A DNA stretch of 64,000 nt from an uncultured Akkermansia sp. (GCA_964506575.1 CAZDLY010000003.1:41240-105239); one strand, 5' to 3'. Shown: positions 45,001 through 56,130, counted from the first letter of the stretch. The notes: a model not told the origin generated them from the letters alone. Translations and numbers: made by a program.

Positions 45001-48000
45001 GGCATCCGCCTGGGGCTGGACGGTAAACGTGCGCTTCTGTCGTTTCTGAATGTAAAACGTCCCCTGCAGATGGGCCAGCGTCAGGCCGCTGGCGCTCTTC
45101 CCGCCCAACTTCGCCTCGGCCGCGCGGACCGCCTGGCTCAGATCGCCGGACACATGGCCGGGCGCGATCTCGATCGGATTATCGAACTGCAGCCGGCCGA
45201 CATCAAAGAACTCCTTCACCTGCGCCTGTCTATCGGTCGGCGTGAGCAGGCCGGCCGCAAGCGTCGACGCGGGCGGGCCATAATTGACCAGGCGCAGACG
45301 GAGGGAGCCGTCCCAGGCCGCCGTGGCGCCCGGCCACGAACCGACCATCGCGAACTCGGAGCCATTCATGGACGTTTGCAGCGCGAACCGCTTGAGCTTG
45401 CGGCCGGCCACGTCCGCCGTCATCGTGAGCTTGCCGAAGGCGACGCTGTCTTTCAAGTCAATGGAGAACGTCTTGTTCCGATTATCATCGGCCGACCCGG
45501 CCCACGGCAGCAGCTTCGGGTCGGCGACGATCACCGCCGTGGGGTCGCGCCCCTCCGCCGTATCGGAGGCGAATGCGGTGGCCGGCGCCGACAGCGTCGC
45601 CAGCTTGCCCTCGAACACGCCCGTGTGGGTGTCCGTTTCGGTCAGAACCACCCGTTTGACCGTGTCCCCGCTCGTCGCCGCGGCCCGGACGGTGAGCGTG
45701 TCTTTCTGGTGCGTCGTGTTGCCGTCCGGATCGATCACGCGGATATAGATGGGGTTGCCGGGTTTGATTTCGGTGCTGGAACGGACCGCGCTGAGCTTGA
45801 CCTCGGCGCCCTCTTTGGGCGCGTTCAGCAGTTGCAGGAGCTGCGCGCCTTCGGCCGATTGGGCGCCGGATCTCGCCAATTCGCGGCGCAGGCTCGCCTC
45901 CATCGCCATCCGTTCCTGATCCTCGCGCGTCGGTATGCTCCCGGAGGCCGCATACAGCTCGCCGTCGGTGATCACGCCCAGGGTGCCGATATCGTCACGG
46001 GTGATGTTGGCGACCTTGCGAAAGCGCTCGGACAGTCCAAAGTGAACCTTGTCCCCGCCGAGCACCTGCAGCAGATGGTCACCCTTGACCAGGGGCGCCA
46101 TCGTCGTGGGGATCTCCCCGCGGAAACGCGTCTTGGAGTCGCCGAAGGGGAACAGCTGGAAGAACTCTTCGTCGCCGGAGTCGGTCCAGGCGCGAATCTC
46201 GATATCCGCGGCCTTGCGCACGATCGACAGATTGCGATCTTCGAGATTCACCCGGAACGGCCGTCCGGGAATGATGGTCTGCTGATCGGCCGGAACGCCG
46301 ATCCGGATATCCGTGGCCTCGATCAGCTTGGCGGTCTTGAAGTTCACCTTGCCTTCGAGCAGGCCCGCCTCGCTGTGGTTCGGCGCGATGGCGAACACGC
46401 GCGCGACTTGTTCGCGCGCGCTGGCGTAATCCTCTTGGTCGAATTTGAGCAACGCGATCTGATAGCGCGCCTCGGCCTGGATGGAGGTGTCGCGGAGACG
46501 GTCGAGCTTCTCGAGCCGTTCGAGCGCGGCGTCGTACGAGCGCATCAACCGGTCCACTTCGGCGATCTTCAGTTCGGCGCGATAGCCGCCCGGGGTGTCG
46601 GCAAAGTCCTTCGACGAAACGATCCGGTCATACTGGGCCTTGGCCTGGGGATACTGCTGACGGGCGAAGGCGATGTCGGCGTAGGCGATCTGCACCTGGG
46701 CCCGGGTCCCCGTGTCGAAGCCCTGCGGGGCCGCCTCGATCCACTGGAGCAGCGTCTGCGCGAGTTTTTCGGCTTCCTCAAACCGGTCGAGCGCCGTGAG
46801 GCGCTGGACGATCCAGATGACGAAGCCCAGGTCCAGATCCTTGAATTCCGTGAGCGCCAGACCCGGATTCTGGGTGTACAGGTCCCACGCGCTGTCCGTC
46901 CGTCCGGCGTGGAAGAGCGCCTGGGCGGCCAGGATCGTGTACCGCCGGTCGCTCCGGCCGACCGTCAGGGATTCGCCCACCCGCGACTGCATCTTGGTGC
47001 GGATCGCGGTCAGCGCGTTGCGGATGTCATCCGGAAGCCGGGAACCCGCGACGGCCAGGCCGATCGTGCTGTGCGCCGCCGCCGGCACGGTCCGGTCCTC
47101 CTCGATCAGCTTGCCCGCGATGCCGCCGAGCAGCGCCATCGTTTCACCCCGGCCCAGGGCGATGCGCCACATCTCGGGGATCAGGGGCAGCAGCTCGGTG
47201 ATCTGGTCGCGCGCCAGCAGACCGTCGTTGACGAGCTGGATCAGCCGATAATCGGTCGGACTGTAGACGGCCCACCGGGTGTAACGCAGACACCCGGCCA
47301 GGGCCAGCACTTCGTCCTCCGTCAGCGGCGCGGTCCCCCCCAGTTGCAGGCTGTTGACCTGCTGCAGGGCGGGCATCGGGAACGGATACGGGGCGTTTTT
47401 GGCGAGCGCGGTGTAGGCGCGCAGCCGGTCGAAGAAGGCCTTGCGCTCGTCGGGCGTCTTGACCGGCATCACGGCGAGCGACCACAGGCCGGCCGCCGGC
47501 GGGTCAAACCGGGTCTTGCCGAATTCGGCCTCGATCTTCTTCTGATAGTCGCCGAACGCCGCGCCGGAGGCCGACCGGATCCGCTCCGCGGCCGCGAAGT
47601 AATCGTCGCGCGAAACCTGCGCCGGCTTGCCGGGCGCGCCCAGGAAAACCGCATACGACGTGTCGGCCGCATACTTCTCGGCGATCGCGTTGGCCACTTT
47701 CTTCTCGCCGTCGCCGGCGTAGTTCCAGTACGACTGATCGACCTTTCCCGTCCGCTTGATCTCGGCCGCCATGCGGTCATCAAACCACGACTGCTGCGGG
47801 TACTTGGCCTGCAGCGCGGGGAATTCGCGCACCATCGCCAGATAGCCGCAGACCGGGCTGGGGGCGTAATGGCCGCCGTTATTCTTGGTGAAGATGTCGC
47901 GGTCGATGATCTCCCCGAGGACCGCCTGCGCCTGTGCGCCCTCCGGCCGCGCCACCCCGCGGTACCAATTGAACACGTCTCCGTCCCACTGGTCTTTGGC

Positions 48001-50265
48001 GGAGCGCGCCTGGATCGCCTTGGCCAGCACCTCCGCGAGCTTGTCGCGCAGCGCATTGTCTTCCGCCCGCGGGCGGAGCACCACACCCCAGTCGAGCCGC
48101 CAGCCGTTGCGGGTCGCGAGCATCTGCGCACAGACCGCCGCGCCGCGGCGCTGCGCCGGGTCTTCCTGCCGCAGCGCGAGCTGGTCGGCGAACAGGCCGA
48201 TCTGGTGGTCCAGACAGGCCAGCGCGTCCGCGCGCGGCGTCATGAGGAGCGCGAGCAGCTTCTCGCCGAAGGGGGTCTTGTTCTTCTGGTACTCGCGAAC
48301 GGACGCATACAGGGACTTGGCCGCCGTCGCATACGCGGCGGCGTCGCCGGCCTCCACGGCCTTGAGCAGCGAGGCGACGTCCCGGCACTGCTGATTCGGC
48401 GCCTTCGCCGGGTCGGCCTTGGCCGCGATGGCCTGCTTGAAGGCCTCTTCGATCTTGGCGATCTGGGTCACGACGGCTTCCAGTTCCGCGCGGCGCCTGA
48501 CCTCCGCCTCGCCCGTCTTGCCGGCCAGGCTGTCGGCCTGCTTGCGCATCGTCTGGCTCCACGCGCGGAAGGCGGTCTGCGCGGCCTCGAACACCCGGTC
48601 GCGGCTCTCAACCCCCGCGTAGGGCACGAGGGGCGCCCAGTCCAGCTTGCCCAGCAGGACGATGAAGCGGTCCCGGCGCGCCGCGTCGGTGCTGCAATAA
48701 TTCCAGGCGTTGAGCAGCGCGTGGCGGATATGCTGGGGGGAGAAGGGCGTCATCACGCTGTTCAGGAGGGGGCCTTCCAGGAAGGCCAGATACGCCTCCT
48801 GGGCATAGGCGTCGCGATCGGCCGGCTGGGGCAACCCCTTCAGGTTGACCCAGGCGGGGATGATCTGGTTAAAGACCAGATACGGGAATACTTCGACGTC
48901 GCCCTGCGGGATGGGCCTCTGCACGGCTGCATCCCGGAAGGGCATGTACCACGACTCCTGCGCGAGCAGGTGCTGGATCGAACCGATGGGGTCGTTGGCG
49001 GCCGCCAGGGCGTTGATCACCGCGGCGATGTAAAACGTCTGGCCGGCCAGGAACGGAGCCTGGGCCTTGTAAACCGCCGGGTTGGTGGCCTGCGTGATCC
49101 ACGGCAACTGTCCCGTCGCCGCGGCCTTCTGGAACGCCTGCGGATGCTTGCCGCCGAGCGCGATCCACTGGTCGGGCGTGGCCAGCCCGGCGGGCAGCCC
49201 GGCCCACGACCAGTTGATGAAGGCGATCTGCTCGGCTTCGGGGAGCTTGCTGAAGGCGTAGGTGGCGAGGAACTCGCTCTTCTGCGCGGCGGCCGCGCTC
49301 CAGAGGCCCGAATCCGGCTGCCCGGCGCCGCGGCCGGGCGCGGCCGGCAGGTCGGGTCCGCCGGCGAAGGCCGCCATGATCTGGATCAGCGTCTGCGCCG
49401 TCGGCGCGGCGTCCAGGTAGGCCCGCGCGGCGGCGAGGACCGGGTCCAGGGCGCGGGCGAGCGCGGGGGCATCCCGCCCGACGCGGGTCTCATGAAACGC
49501 GATGTTCTCGATCAGGAAGGCGAGGCGCGCCTGGCGAATCGGATCCTCGCGGATGAGCGGGATCAGGGCGCGCGCCGGAATGATCGCCTCGGCGTTTCCG
49601 GGATAGACGGTCTCCAGCCGGTTGATCAGCCGGTCCAGATGGTGCCAGTAGATGAAACGCTCCTGCTCCAGCGGCAGTTTCTCGGAGAAGGCCGTCAGCA
49701 GCCGCTTGGCCATGGCGCCGGTGGCGCGGTTCTGGAAGCCGGTATCGAGATACCACCCGTCGTATTGCCTGGGCAGGGCCGCCAGACGGAATTTGTCGCC
49801 GAAGTCGTTGTTCGCGGCCCACGCCTCGACGCCCTTCCCGGCGTAGTCCGCCAGGACTTGGAAGCACTCGCCCGCCGCCTGGGATGAATCGGCGTCCACC
49901 GGCGCAATCTGGAGGAACTGCCGGTAGCGCGCGGCCGCGGCCTGATAATCGCCCGCCAGCTTCGCATTCTCCGCCGCCAGGCGCAGGATCCGGGGACCCG
50001 GATCGGCGCGCCGGGACAGGTAGCTGCGCACGACACTGGAGACCCGCTGGGGCTGGCCGAGGTCACGCCCCTCCTGCAGCAGGGCGATCAGCTCATCCGG
50101 CTGCAGGCCTTCCACCGAGCTTTGCGCGCGGCCCAGCAGCTCGTCAAATTTAGCCGTCCGCGGGTTTGCGGCCGCCGGGGCGGCTGCCGGGGCGGCTGCC
50201 GGGGTTTGCGCCACCGCCGTCCAGACCGACCCGAGAACGCACGTGACAAGCATGAATCGTTTCAT
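42007..50265 (-). CDS. Giant secreted protein (2752 aa) with a signal peptide and a C-terminal TPR-like region
   Basis: ATG at 50265 with an AGGAGAAA RBS (MKRFMLVTCVLGSVWTAVAQTP signal peptide). Ordinary amino-acid composition across 8.2 kb. The C-terminal roughly 350 aa are TPR-like (YFEMAKKY...YLLANLAFEEGE...ALVYERMGEIDTACDEY...). The antisense ORF 41596..49887 (2763 aa, R/G/L/P-rich) is rejected. Confidence 0.8.
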   Translation of the reverse strand: MKRFMLVTCVLGSVWTAVAQTPAAAPAAAPAAANPRTAKFDELLGRAQSSVEGLQPDELIALLQEGRDLGQPQRVSSVVRSYLSRRADPGPRILRLAAENAKLAGDYQAAAARYRQFLQIAPVDADSSQAAGECFQVLADYAGKGVEAWAANNDFGDKFRLAALPRQYDGWYLDTGFQNRATGAMAKRLLTAFSEKLPLEQERFIYWHHLDRLINRLETVYPGNAEAIIPARALIPLIREDPIRQARLAFLIENIAFHETRVGRDAPALARALDPVLAAARAYLDAAPTAQTLIQIMAAFAGGPDLPAAPGRGAGQPDSGLWSAAAAQKSEFLATYAFSKLPEAEQIAFINWSWAGLPAGLATPDQWIALGGKHPQAFQKAAATGQLPWITQATNPAVYKAQAPFLAGQTFYIAAVINALAAANDPIGSIQHLLAQESWYMPFRDAAVQRPIPQGDVEVFPYLVFNQIIPAWVNLKGLPQPADRDAYAQEAYLAFLEGPLLNSVMTPFSPQHIRHALLNAWNYCSTDAARRDRFIVLLGKLDWAPLVPYAGVESRDRVFEAAQTAFRAWSQTMRKQADSLAGKTGEAEVRRRAELEAVVTQIAKIEEAFKQAIAAKADPAKAPNQQCRDVASLLKAVEAGDAAAYATAAKSLYASVREYQKNKTPFGEKLLALLMTPRADALACLDHQIGLFADQLALRQEDPAQRRGAAVCAQMLATRNGWRLDWGVVLRPRAEDNALRDKLAEVLAKAIQARSAKDQWDGDVFNWYRGVARPEGAQAQAVLGEIIDRDIFTKNNGGHYAPSPVCGYLAMVREFPALQAKYPQQSWFDDRMAAEIKRTGKVDQSYWNYAGDGEKKVANAIAEKYAADTSYAVFLGAPGKPAQVSRDDYFAAAERIRSASGAAFGDYQKKIEAEFGKTRFDPPAAGLWSLAVMPVKTPDERKAFFDRLRAYTALAKNAPYPFPMPALQQVNSLQLGGTAPLTEDEVLALAGCLRYTRWAVYSPTDYRLIQLVNDGLLARDQITELLPLIPEMWRIALGRGETMALLGGIAGKLIEEDRTVPAAAHSTIGLAVAGSRLPDDIRNALTAIRTKMQSRVGESLTVGRSDRRYTILAAQALFHAGRTDSAWDLYTQNPGLALTEFKDLDLGFVIWIVQRLTALDRFEEAEKLAQTLLQWIEAAPQGFDTGTRAQVQIAYADIAFARQQYPQAKAQYDRIVSSKDFADTPGGYRAELKIAEVDRLMRSYDAALERLEKLDRLRDTSIQAEARYQIALLKFDQEDYASAREQVARVFAIAPNHSEAGLLEGKVNFKTAKLIEATDIRIGVPADQQTIIPGRPFRVNLEDRNLSIVRKAADIEIRAWTDSGDEEFFQLFPFGDSKTRFRGEIPTTMAPLVKGDHLLQVLGGDKVHFGLSERFRKVANITRDDIGTLGVITDGELYAASGSIPTREDQERMAMEASLRRELARSGAQSAEGAQLLQLLNAPKEGAEVKLSAVRSSTEIKPGNPIYIRVIDPDGNTTHQKDTLTVRAAATSGDTVKRVVLTETDTHTGVFEGKLATLSAPATAFASDTAEGRDPTAVIVADPKLLPWAGSADDNRNKTFSIDLKDSVAFGKLTMTADVAGRKLKRFALQTSMNGSEFAMVGSWPGATAAWDGSLRLRLVNYGPPASTLAAGLLTPTDRQAQVKEFFDVGRLQFDNPIEIAPGHVSGDLSQAVRAAEAKLGGKSASGLTLAHLQGTFYIQKRQKRTFTVQPQADAKSDPAKRVEPTYYLAIDGALGAAQQGAPPGSNDRNNTVTLTRGYHTLDLYAVIPSGAEGGYQLLWDVETAPYTAPVPEAVFTPAGWPEHQAPPGFKPTEIKANPDGTVFDVAFAPETRGRVLRLKIFDFESGAPEIRKIALTDAAGKQVLPAKEDLITMRGNDILEIVPGDKITITYEDRTVITPARKTLEAFLSTTFYNASLKAYLIESDVTPAGERRALLLPNNRFRPDEPMAIVVNDPDADETANPDKVPVHVRATVTGSKTDLVMLENKPASGLFVSRFFPILGEAKRPAEITVTQEDDLVITYRDKENVDFGVPWDRVVQLEPPLGPMKSQLRVYDFTSRPLNADGRAVAVSAPASKKTAESLEAIAPAYALTGVRPESAVPKGPVKIPYGGFLVAELLNPSLAFSALSEAEIFVQILPAGMKPVVTNGAPFDPKLPGTIRYRALRGGGAAGEMPVTYGSTTLVGDKFAGSVADDGRYVFSIATAPGSLEQMKMPTYQEKEEEGVEMGVFDVACLTEDGQSASINRTFPWPTLRVRPSDRLRVAMNSSPAEAEPKWEVWDVSLFGDPIFDVMDQRYREPLSALYVGDRLYLRVVDLMSNLTMEKDTVSLSVVVNGAAQTAKTVPLIETFENSGVFKGNLQLVYEGMTNETRLADQIAVPYGATVVLRYTAQDGRTLDRALSVFKGADATVTPFSKRFNDAEIAVQTQFTMAESYFEMAKKYRGLKEDEVARRTIAQGKKLLEEAIRDFPKNEFRVQADYLLANLAFEEGEQTTQPEKRNQLYRDAANRFADVISGYPDSAYAPKAQFKKALVYERMGEIDTACDEYVKLSYRYPNHELIAETISRLGLFFFNKGRLLETEAAQETDLVAAGKRKLQAREFFRTAAQVFGRLSVRFPDHRLAASTKVLSAENWLRAKEFDKAITTYEAVIAEKKGAPDLIAQSMYWCGDAYMQAMNPVGAYRMFRLCTWDYPESKWARYARGRLTDGAFKQME

Positions 50266-50298
50266 AAAATGTTTCTCCTGTTTCGTTCCGTACAACGG

Positions 50299-52584
50299 TT
50301 ACATCACCCGCGCCTCGATCTTGGGCAGAAGCTGTCGCGCGGTCTCGGCATGCGGACTGTCGGGGTATTCCAGCAGGAGCTTCTTGCACTTCTCCTGAGC
50401 TTTGGCAAAATCGCCCGTCTGGAAGGCGACCTTCACCCACTTGATCAGCATGGTGTCGAGGAAGGTGGCGTCGGGATAATCCTGGAACGTCTGTTCCAGC
50501 AGCGAATTGGCCTGCGCCAAATCGTTCTGGGCGATGTTGTAGTCGATCACCTTGCCCAGCGCGGGGCCGGCAAAGATGCTTTTGGGATACCGCTGCACGC
50601 ACGTCATGTACGACTGGATCGAGACGCTGTCGCCGGCTTTGAACATCGCCTCGCGAGCCTCGCCGCTCGCCTTGGCCAGCTTCGCCTGATAGCTGGCTTC
50701 CTGGGTCTTGGCGATCTCGAATTGGGCCTCGGCCTTGGCGTCCATGGCGGCGCTCGGCAATTGCGTGATCTGCTGAAACACCGCGATCGCCTCGCCATAC
50801 TGTTTTTCCTCCAGCCGGATCTTGCCCACGCCGAGCAGCGCGTCCCCGACCAGCGGCGAGTCGGGATAGAACCGGCTGAACGTCGCGCAGGTCGCCAGAG
50901 CCTCCGCAAGCTGGCCGGCCTCGATGTGCAGCTCCCACTTGACCTTGAAGGCATCCTGCTTGAGCGCTTCGCCAACGTCGCGGTTGTCGCTGCGGATGAC
51001 CGACTCGACACGCGTGATGCCTTCGGCGGCCCGGGCGACGGTGCCGTTCACCAGCCCCATGCTTTTGAAGATGCGGGCCAGCTCGAGATAGGCCGTGGCC
51101 TCGACCAGATTCTTTTTCGCCCGCAGCACGGGATCAAACACCACGTCCGTGGTCGATTTGACGGTGCTGTCGACCTCGCCCGCCACGGTCACGACGGCAT
51201 CGACGACGCGCGGCGCGTCGCCCTGAATGTGCTGATTGTCGGTGTAGGCGACGTACACGTCGTCTTCGACGCAGCAGGCGAGCTGGTTGTCCGACTGATC
51301 GGCCGGCAGGGACTCATCCGCGCGCACGATGTCGACCTTGCCCGCGAACCGTCCGCTGCGGAAGACCGTGTTGGTGCTCTGCTCGACGAGTTTCACGTCG
51401 ACGCGGTCGCGCGTCTGGTAGCGCGTGGCGCCGGCATCGGCAAACGCCGACTGGGCCTCGTCCTCCGCGCGGACCTTGTAGCGGGAGATCACGCTCAGGG
51501 TGACCGTTTCGGCCTTGTCGCTCGTGTCCAGATCGGCGTCAACCACCTGGATGAAGAGCGGCAGGGCGAGAAACGCGGCGGGCGCGCGCGTCTCGAGGTC
51601 GCCCATCATGAAGTCGATCGATCCGGTGGAGACCATGCGCACCGAGGCCGTGCGCGGGACATTGCCCGCGCCGTCCTTCGTGCTTTCATCGACGAACGTG
51701 GCGGTCACCTTCTGGCCGCCCACCACCTGAAGCACGCGGTCGCCCGGCACGGGAACGCCGATCGCCGTCGGCAGCGAGCCGATCAGGATTTGCGCATCGG
51801 GCGTCAGGAGCGCGCAGTCGACGGTCTCCTTGTCGCCCGCATCCGTCTCCAGCCTCAGCGTGATCTTCTTCCCCATCTTCAGCATGATGGGGAAGTCGGC
51901 GTCCTCGACCTTGACGTAGAAGCGCCGGCCGGCTTCGGCAAAGGCGATGGTCGGGCTGTCGGGGTCCAGAAAGGTGCCGACCAGGCTCAGCGCTTCGATC
52001 GCCTTGGTCCAGTTTTCCTGGGCGAAGTGGCACATGCCGATGTAATAATAGGCCTGGTTGGCCCACAGGGTGTTGGGATACTTGGTCGTGATATGGCGGA
52101 GCACGGGGAACGCCCGGGCGTACTGCCGGGTCTGAAAATAGGCGGTCCCCATGAGGTACATCGCCTCCAGAAACCACTCGCGATCCTCGCCCACGGCGAG
52201 TTTGTTTTCCGGTTCGAGTACCCGCAGCCGGTTCAGATAGCCGATCGCCTCCGGAATCTTTTCGTTGGCCTTGATGTAGTGCCGACCCAAGGCCAGGCAC
52301 GCGGGGAAGACCGAGCGGGAGCGCGGGAACTGCGCAAGCACCGTCTCGATCATCTTGATGCCGCGGTCGCGTTCGCCCGCATCGAGCAACTCCTTGCCGA
52401 GACCCAGCAACCGCCGCGCGTCGAGTTCGCCCGAAGCCGCCGCCGCCGTCCGGTCCGTGGCCGCCGTGCGCGACGCTTCGGGTTCGCCCGCCGCGGGCGC
52501 CGCGTTCGGCCACAGCCACACGCCCGCCCCCGCCATCAGGGTGACGACGGCCAAACGGGTGATTCGCTTGCTCTTAGGGTGCAT
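50299..52584 (-). CDS. Secreted tetratricopeptide-repeat protein (761 aa)
   Basis: ATG at 52584 with an AGGAGGAA RBS. N-terminal hydrophobic/signal region, then TPR-like repeats (AYFQTRQYARAFPVLRHITTKYPNTLWANQAYYYIGMCHFAQENWTKAIEAL...). Confidence 0.75.
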   Translation of the reverse strand: MHPKSKRITRLAVVTLMAGAGVWLWPNAAPAAGEPEASRTAATDRTAAAASGELDARRLLGLGKELLDAGERDRGIKMIETVLAQFPRSRSVFPACLALGRHYIKANEKIPEAIGYLNRLRVLEPENKLAVGEDREWFLEAMYLMGTAYFQTRQYARAFPVLRHITTKYPNTLWANQAYYYIGMCHFAQENWTKAIEALSLVGTFLDPDSPTIAFAEAGRRFYVKVEDADFPIMLKMGKKITLRLETDAGDKETVDCALLTPDAQILIGSLPTAIGVPVPGDRVLQVVGGQKVTATFVDESTKDGAGNVPRTASVRMVSTGSIDFMMGDLETRAPAAFLALPLFIQVVDADLDTSDKAETVTLSVISRYKVRAEDEAQSAFADAGATRYQTRDRVDVKLVEQSTNTVFRSGRFAGKVDIVRADESLPADQSDNQLACCVEDDVYVAYTDNQHIQGDAPRVVDAVVTVAGEVDSTVKSTTDVVFDPVLRAKKNLVEATAYLELARIFKSMGLVNGTVARAAEGITRVESVIRSDNRDVGEALKQDAFKVKWELHIEAGQLAEALATCATFSRFYPDSPLVGDALLGVGKIRLEEKQYGEAIAVFQQITQLPSAAMDAKAEAQFEIAKTQEASYQAKLAKASGEAREAMFKAGDSVSIQSYMTCVQRYPKSIFAGPALGKVIDYNIAQNDLAQANSLLEQTFQDYPDATFLDTMLIKWVKVAFQTGDFAKAQEKCKKLLLEYPDSPHAETARQLLPKIEARVM

Positions 52585-54325
52585 CTGTTGTTCCTCCTGA
52601 CGCTATTCCCAGGCGCTCCAGTTCGATATGCGCCGTGTTGGACTCCCCAGACTCTGGGTATTTCTTCATGACATCCCGCAACGCGCCAATGAAATTGGCC
52701 TGCTCGTTCGCGCCCCGATAGACATACGCAATTCGCAACGCCGCCCGTGAAGCCGATCCCGGAAAGAACTTCTCGATCCCGCGCAATTCCGCCAGCGCCG
52801 GATCCTTCTGCTTCAGGCGCAGCAGATTCTCGGCGATCCGGAAGTATTTCTCCGGCTCGTTGGATGAGATCTTGTAGCACTCGTTCGCTTCCGCGAATTT
52901 GCCGGACACCTCGAAAAGTTCAGCCCGCTGCCACTGAGCCCGGTCCGCGTACACGGGCATCTTGATCACCTCTTCGGAGACCTTCAGCCCCTTTTCGGTG
53001 AAACGTCTGGCATGGTAAGCCCAAAGCAGCGTGGCGCGTCCAAGATCGTGGTCCTTCATGCTCTGGCAGGCGCTGACGAACAGTTCTTCATCAACCCCGA
53101 TGGCCCAGCCGACGAATGCGGCGCGGTCCTGGTCGGTCCACTGGTCCTGCTTGATGTTGCCGTAGGCGTTCTTCGCCATCGAAATGTCTTTGAGCGAGTT
53201 CACCATGACCTTCATCAGCCGGAAAACCCCCGCATTGTCCATCTGGCCGAAGTTGATCTTGCCGTAGTATTCCTTGATCTTCGCTTTCTGGTCTTTCTTG
53301 CCGAACTCCTCCATGAAACGGAACACGAGATCGAAGAGGCCGGGCTTGTAGGTCGCCGCAAACTGCCGGTCCAGGCGCGCCACCCACTTGTCGATGTCGC
53401 CCTCCTCGCGATAGCGAAACTCGGCCCAGACCAGGCGGAACTCGTTGTCGGCGAGGAAACGGCCCTCCATGGCGTCGGCCCAGTACCGGTAGTACGCGAT
53501 GCGCTGGGCGTCTTCCTCCTTCGCAAAGGCGCCGAACCGGTCGATCAGGCGGCACATGTCCTGCCAGTACTTGGTCTCGTCCGGCGCTTCCGGGTTCTGC
53601 CGCGTGGTCTTGGCGCGGGTGTAGAAGTCGCTCATCTTCTGGTTGTCGGGCAGCAGCCGGATGTAGATGTAAGCCACCCGCTCGATCGCCTGCCGCGCCG
53701 ATTCGGGGTGGAGCGAGCGAAAATCAACGGCGGCCTGGTCGTAATATTTGAGCGCATCGGCATACTTCTCCTCGCGATACAGCTCGTTCGCAATGCCGAC
53801 GCGCGCCGGTCCGGCAAGTGCCTGCTTCGCATAGCCGGGGTCCTCCACCATCTTCCTCCACGCGGTCACGGCGTACCTCTTGTTGCCGTTCTCGAAATGA
53901 CACGCCCCCTGATAGTACAGCGCGGCCGCGGCATACGGCACGTCATCCGGGAAATAATCGACCACTTCCTTGAACGTCTGCACCGCCTCGTTCCGCTTGT
54001 TGTCCAACATCTGGCTGCGCCCTTTGCGCAGCAGCGCGTAGGCCACCGCGGGCGAGCGGGGGTTCGCCACGACAAAGGCATTGTACTCGACGACGGCCGT
54101 CCGATATTCCTTCGCGAGGAACACCTTGTCGGCCTTGCTCAACGTGGTCGCCTCAAAGGTGTCCAGCTTCTTGAAATCAGCCTCGGAAATGGTGACCTCG
54201 TCCCGGGGGGATTGGGCGCGGACGAGGCCGACGGCCAACACCCCGACGCACAACAGCCACACGCCCAGACGGCCTGCGCGCCGCCCGTCCCGTTGATCCG
54301 CAAATGGCCTTTCGATCCCCCGCAT
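52574..54325 (-). CDS. Secreted tetratricopeptide-repeat protein (about 583 aa)
   Basis: Start taken at the ATG at 54325 (MRGIERPF..GVWLLCVGVLAVGLVRAQSP signal-like). TPR-like helical repeats. Overlaps the next gene start by 11 nt. Confidence 0.65.
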   Translation of the reverse strand: MRGIERPFADQRDGRRAGRLGVWLLCVGVLAVGLVRAQSPRDEVTISEADFKKLDTFEATTLSKADKVFLAKEYRTAVVEYNAFVVANPRSPAVAYALLRKGRSQMLDNKRNEAVQTFKEVVDYFPDDVPYAAAALYYQGACHFENGNKRYAVTAWRKMVEDPGYAKQALAGPARVGIANELYREEKYADALKYYDQAAVDFRSLHPESARQAIERVAYIYIRLLPDNQKMSDFYTRAKTTRQNPEAPDETKYWQDMCRLIDRFGAFAKEEDAQRIAYYRYWADAMEGRFLADNEFRLVWAEFRYREEGDIDKWVARLDRQFAATYKPGLFDLVFRFMEEFGKKDQKAKIKEYYGKINFGQMDNAGVFRLMKVMVNSLKDISMAKNAYGNIKQDQWTDQDRAAFVGWAIGVDEELFVSACQSMKDHDLGRATLLWAYHARRFTEKGLKVSEEVIKMPVYADRAQWQRAELFEVSGKFAEANECYKISSNEPEKYFRIAENLLRLKQKDPALAELRGIEKFFPGSASRAALRIAYVYRGANEQANFIGALRDVMKKYPESGESNTAHIELERLGIASGGTTDAP

Positions 54326-54539
54326 AACCCACCGCCCCTGATGCTCACCGCGCACACCCAATATGCGCCGGCCGGGTAAAAGCAACAAACATGCCAGATC
54401 CGAAACATCCGCCGGGCCGCACGGAAGCCCCATTCAGACAATCAAGCCGGTGATCATACTGCATTTCCGCCCCGGCGGTCAACGATTCCTTCGGGGCGTG
54501 TCGTAATCGGCAAGGTTCCTCCCGCGCCGGAAGCGCTGG

Positions 54540-54600
54540 CAAAAAACCGCCATCCCCCCCGGGGCCGTTCCCGGCCCGGCGATGAATGGCGGTTCCTGCA
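54540..54600 (-). terminator. Putative intrinsic terminator after kamA (AACCGCCAT...ATGGCGGTT stem followed by TTTTTTG on the minus strand)
   Basis: Minus strand reads ggaaccgccattcatcgccgggccgggaacggccccgggggggatggcggttttttg. Confidence 0.4.
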
Positions 54601-54622
54601 TACTCGATGATGCAGCCCCCGA

Positions 54623-55756
<1,134 letters not shown>

Positions 55757-56130
55757 CACCCGCTTCGCAACCGGCGCGGTGGCCGGTGCGGATATCCACT
55801 CATTCGCCGCCCCGAAGAACGACGAAATACAACTCGGAGGCTCATCGTCTTGGTCAATCAAGACGAATGGAGCCGCTCCCTCGTGCTGTGAAACTGTGTT
55901 CACTGCACCTCTCCTGCCTGTTGGGGTCTGTACCGGACCGGCGTCGACCCTGAATACGCCAACGGCCGGGCGCATCGCGCCACGGCCCTAGTGCCTGCCT
56001 CCGAAGCAGAACATGCCTTGAAACCACTGTGTCGTGTTTCCCCGCATGGTCGCTGCATGCTTCGCCCAGCCAGCCCTTGCCAACCGCCACACTCGGACGG
56101 TCGAAACCAAGGGGTCCTTTGTTAAGTACG

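Noticed and set aside
41596-49887. 2763-aa ORF on the plus strand
   Set aside because: It is antisense to the genuine 2752-aa secreted giant protein. Its translation is R/G/L/P/H-rich low-complexity (MRQRLRRLHRRHGDGLHRQFGRHENQ...) and has no RBS. It is a high-GC stop-free artifact.
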